This document shows, piece by piece, positions 60,943-64,000 of a stretch of 64,000 bases of DNA. The stretch covers positions 1 through 64,000 of the forward strand of contig JAPDFW010000093.1 in the NCBI GenBank assembly GCA_028826165.1, given 5' to 3'. The stretch comes from Anaeramoeba ignava BMAN (lineage: Eukaryota > Protista > Anaeramoebae). The position numbers and the translations under genes were made by a program. Numbering within the stretch: the stretch's first letter is position 1; the number at the start of each line of letters is the position of its first letter. The notes under the pieces are model-generated. The model worked only from the letters and a program-made list of their open reading frames with translations. It did not search any database and was not told the DNA's origin.

Positions 60943-63532
60943 CTAATCCCAATATTTTATATTTGAATCCCTATTATAATTTCAAAAAAAAAAATAATGA
61001 ATAAAAATTAAAAACAAAAATTTTTAATAAACTAAAATAAACTAAACATACCAACTACAAGTAACTACTTTACTTGGTTCAATAGGATGCCATTCACAAC
61101 CAATAAGAACTTTATCATGAGCTTTTAAAGTTCTAAAAAATAAATTAATAAAATTAAAATTAAAAAATTAAATTTCAAATTAAAAAATTTTTTTACTTGA
61201 AAATCTTTGTAGTTTCCCAATCCCAAATATACAACTTTCCATCAGTATCACCAGAAATTACAAACTGACCATCAGGAGAGAAATTTACTTGACAAGCAAA
61301 TCCAGAAGTTAAATGACCTTTAAATTTTTTCTTTCCCAAAAGTTTGAATTTCCTAGTTTCATAAACAAGAACTTGATTATCCATACTTTGACAAGCAATA
61401 TAATGAGTTGAAGGATGAACAGCAACTGATGGCATGGATTGCATTTCTGGGTCACTTATATATTTGACAGGAACAGAAATTCCAAAGTCCCAAATACGAA
61501 GAGTTTTATCATCAGAAGTGCTTATAAACTTCCCACTTTTTCCAATAAATGTAACTGTATTTACTGCTCCAAGATGATAGTCATATTTTTGAACCATTTT
61601 TCCTGAAGCTGCATCAAACTATATATTTATTTTTTTTTAATAAAAAATTAAAATAAAAAAAAAGGTGAATTAACACGTGTTATTTGGGAAAAATTTTTTT
61701 TGTTTTTGGAATTGAAAAATAAAATACCTGCAGAATTGTTTTGTCTGAACATCCTGTTATAAATTGCTCATTTTCGCGAGGAGAAGGATGGAAATTTATG
61801 CATAAAGGAGTTTTCTTTGTGGAAAAAGTTTGGATCACTTGGCCTGTTTCCGTATCCCACAATTTGATTTTTTTGTCATAAGAACAAGACAAGAAATGGC
61901 GGCCGTTATAATTGAAGCAAACATCTTTGACGCCTTTTGAGTGGCCTACATATGTTTGTATGCATTTTCGACCGAATTTGTTTGAGACGTCCCAAATTTT
62001 GATTGATTGGTCGAAACTACCAGATAAAAGCAGATGACCTGTTGTTGGGAATAACGAGATTTTGCTCACACCTCGAGTATGACCGTTCCAAGTATGAGCG
62101 AGTTTTTTTGGGTACCAACATTTATGTTCTTTTTGTTTCAGATCTGTTGGGGGAATGATCCAAGATCTCTGGAGAGAATCACGTCTCCGAGTTAAATGGA
62201 ATTCTACTTGTTCCTTGAAGTTTTTTTTTGTATCATCATCTTCATCTGTTTTTTTCATTTGCTCTTCATATATTAATTTTTCTTGCTCAGTGATTTTTCT
62301 GTTTGCAAATTTTCCTTTTAATTTGACTGGTTTAGCCCAAGGGCCTTTATAATTATCCGTTGAAGGATCCCCAAACGGTTCTGCTCGCGTTTTTGTTTTT
62401 CCTTTTCTCCGGTTTGTGGCTTTTGTTTTTTTCCGATGTTTTGGTTTAAATAACATTTGATCGTAAACTGGATTTATAACTGTATCTAAAACTTCAATGT
62501 GTCCGCTTGCTATGTTTTTGTATTCTTCTGGAAGTGATGTAAATGGATCGTTGGTTTCAATTGGTTTGTAGATTTCTAGCATTTCTTTGTATGTAGGATT
62601 GTGTTCTAATATTTTGGTTCCTTTTTCAATTTTAAAATCCTATTTATTTTACAAACAAATTTTTTTTTCCGATTTTTAATTTTACAAACAAATTTTAATT
62701 TTAATTTAAATTTTAATTTTAATTTTAATTTTTTTAATTTTAATTTTAATTTTAATTTTAATTTTAATTTTAATTTTAATTTTAATTTTAATTTTAATTT
62801 ATAAATGAATTTTAATTTTAATTTATAAATGTATTTTAATTTTAATTTATAAATGTATTTTAATTTTAATTTTAATTTTAATTTTAATTTTAATTTTAAT
62901 TTTAATTTTAATTTTAATTTATAAATAAATTTTAATTTTGATTTTAATTTTAATTTTAATTTATAAATGAATTTTAAATTTAATTTATAAATGTATTTTA
63001 ATTTTTAATTTTAATTTTAATTTTAATTTTAATTTATTTATAAATGAATTTTAATTTTAATTTTAATTTATAAATGAATTTTAATTTTAATTTATAAATG
63101 AATTTCAATTTTAATTTATAAATGTATTTTAATTTTAATTTTAATTTTAATTTTAATTTATAAATGAATTTTAATTTATAAATGAATTTTAATTTTAATA
63201 TTAATTTTAATTTATAAATGTATTTTAATTTTTACAGTTTGAAGTGCAACAGGTGCTGCTAATTGTGGTACTTTTACTAATGCTGTTTCATTTGATAAAA
63301 AACCTGTTAAATCATCTTCAATTTGTCTTTTTTTTACATTTTTTTTTATATTTTCATTTTCATTTGAATTTGTTTTTAAATTTTCATTTAAATTTTCATT
63401 TAAATTCGGTTTTGAATTTATTTTTATTTCTTTTGGTTTTTCATTTTCATTTTCATTTTCATTTTCATTATTTTTATTTAAAAAATCATCATCATCTTCT
63501 GAAGATTCATATTGATTAGAAATTAATTGCAT
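60943..63532 (-). CDS. PRP17: Pre-mRNA-processing factor 17 (PRP17/CDC40), WD40 protein, 5 exons
   Basis: [88 protein letters not shown], terminal IKYWD*. Confidence 0.95.
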
Positions 63533-63737
63533 AATAAAATAAATCAAAAAAAAATGAAAAAAATGAAAAAAATGAAAAATGATTTTTTGTTTGAAAAAAT
63601 TTTTTAATTTAAAAAAAAAAGAAAAAACAAAAAGAAAAAAGAAAAATTGTTTTTAATTATCGTTTCAATAAACCAGATAAAGATAGATATCTCAAAATAA
63701 AAAAAGAAAGGAAAAAAATAAAGTGAAAGAAATTCGA

Positions 63738-63884
63738 TTATTTTTTGCCTCCTCTTTTTGCGAGTTTTGCTTCTCGATTTCGTCTTAAAATTTCACGAGG
63801 ATCTGATGGTAAAGATTGAATTAACATTGCTGACATTGCATTTCCTCTCATTGGTGGTCTAAAATTAGGACGAGATGTTGTTCT
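63738..63884 (-). CDS. Terminal exon of an unidentified gene entering from the right edge
   Basis: AAG acceptor after a repeat-filled intron, then RTTSRPNFRPPMRGNAMSAMLIQSLPSDPREILRRNREAKLAKRGGKK*. Confidence 0.65.
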   Translation of the reverse strand, partial: RTTSRPNFRPPMRGNAMSAMLIQSLPSDPREILRRNREAKLAKRGGKK

Positions 63885-64000
63885 CTTTAATTTTATAAAT
63901 AATTTTATAAATAATTTTATATTTAATTTTATTATTAATTTTATAAATAATTTTATAAATAATTTTATAATTAAATTTATAAATAATTTTATAATTAATT

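Noticed and set aside
1-64000. Inteins, transposases, reverse transcriptases, tRNA, rRNA and telomeric repeats
   Set aside because: No Hint, LAGLIDADG, DDE or RT motifs, cloverleafs, rRNA-like segments or G-rich telomeric arrays were recognised by eye; a formal scan was not possible.

Overview
Extremely AT-rich, gene-dense eukaryotic nuclear DNA with spliceosomal introns that are often inflated by simple tandem repeats. Composition, N/Q-rich coding repeats, a TCATTT initiator-like motif and organelle-targeted Cpn10 suggest an anaerobic metamonad protist such as Anaeramoeba (inference, not verified). About 19 protein-coding genes can be reconstructed by hand. They are an RNF213-like AAA+ protein (runs off the left edge, so it is absent from the ORF track), p24/TMED, a TOG/HEAT protein, a metallophosphoesterase, a CH plus tandem PH-like protein, two Rabs, Cpn10, two inverted copies of DSS1/SEM1, a double DH-PH RhoGEF, a GAPVD1-like RasGAP-VPS9 protein, an orphan, a SAC9-like phosphatase, a GIGYF-like protein, VPS11, PRP17/CDC40, a gene fragment at the right edge, and a 2-oxoacid dehydrogenase. 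The standout is that last gene: 7 exons, about 1,200 aa, fusing an organelle presequence, E1alpha, E1beta, two lipoyl domains and the E2 acyltransferase into one polypeptide with no visible E3-binding domain. Most short ORFs in the track are repeat artefacts, and several single-base frameshifts probably reflect assembly error. All family assignments come from motif recognition by eye; no searches were run.
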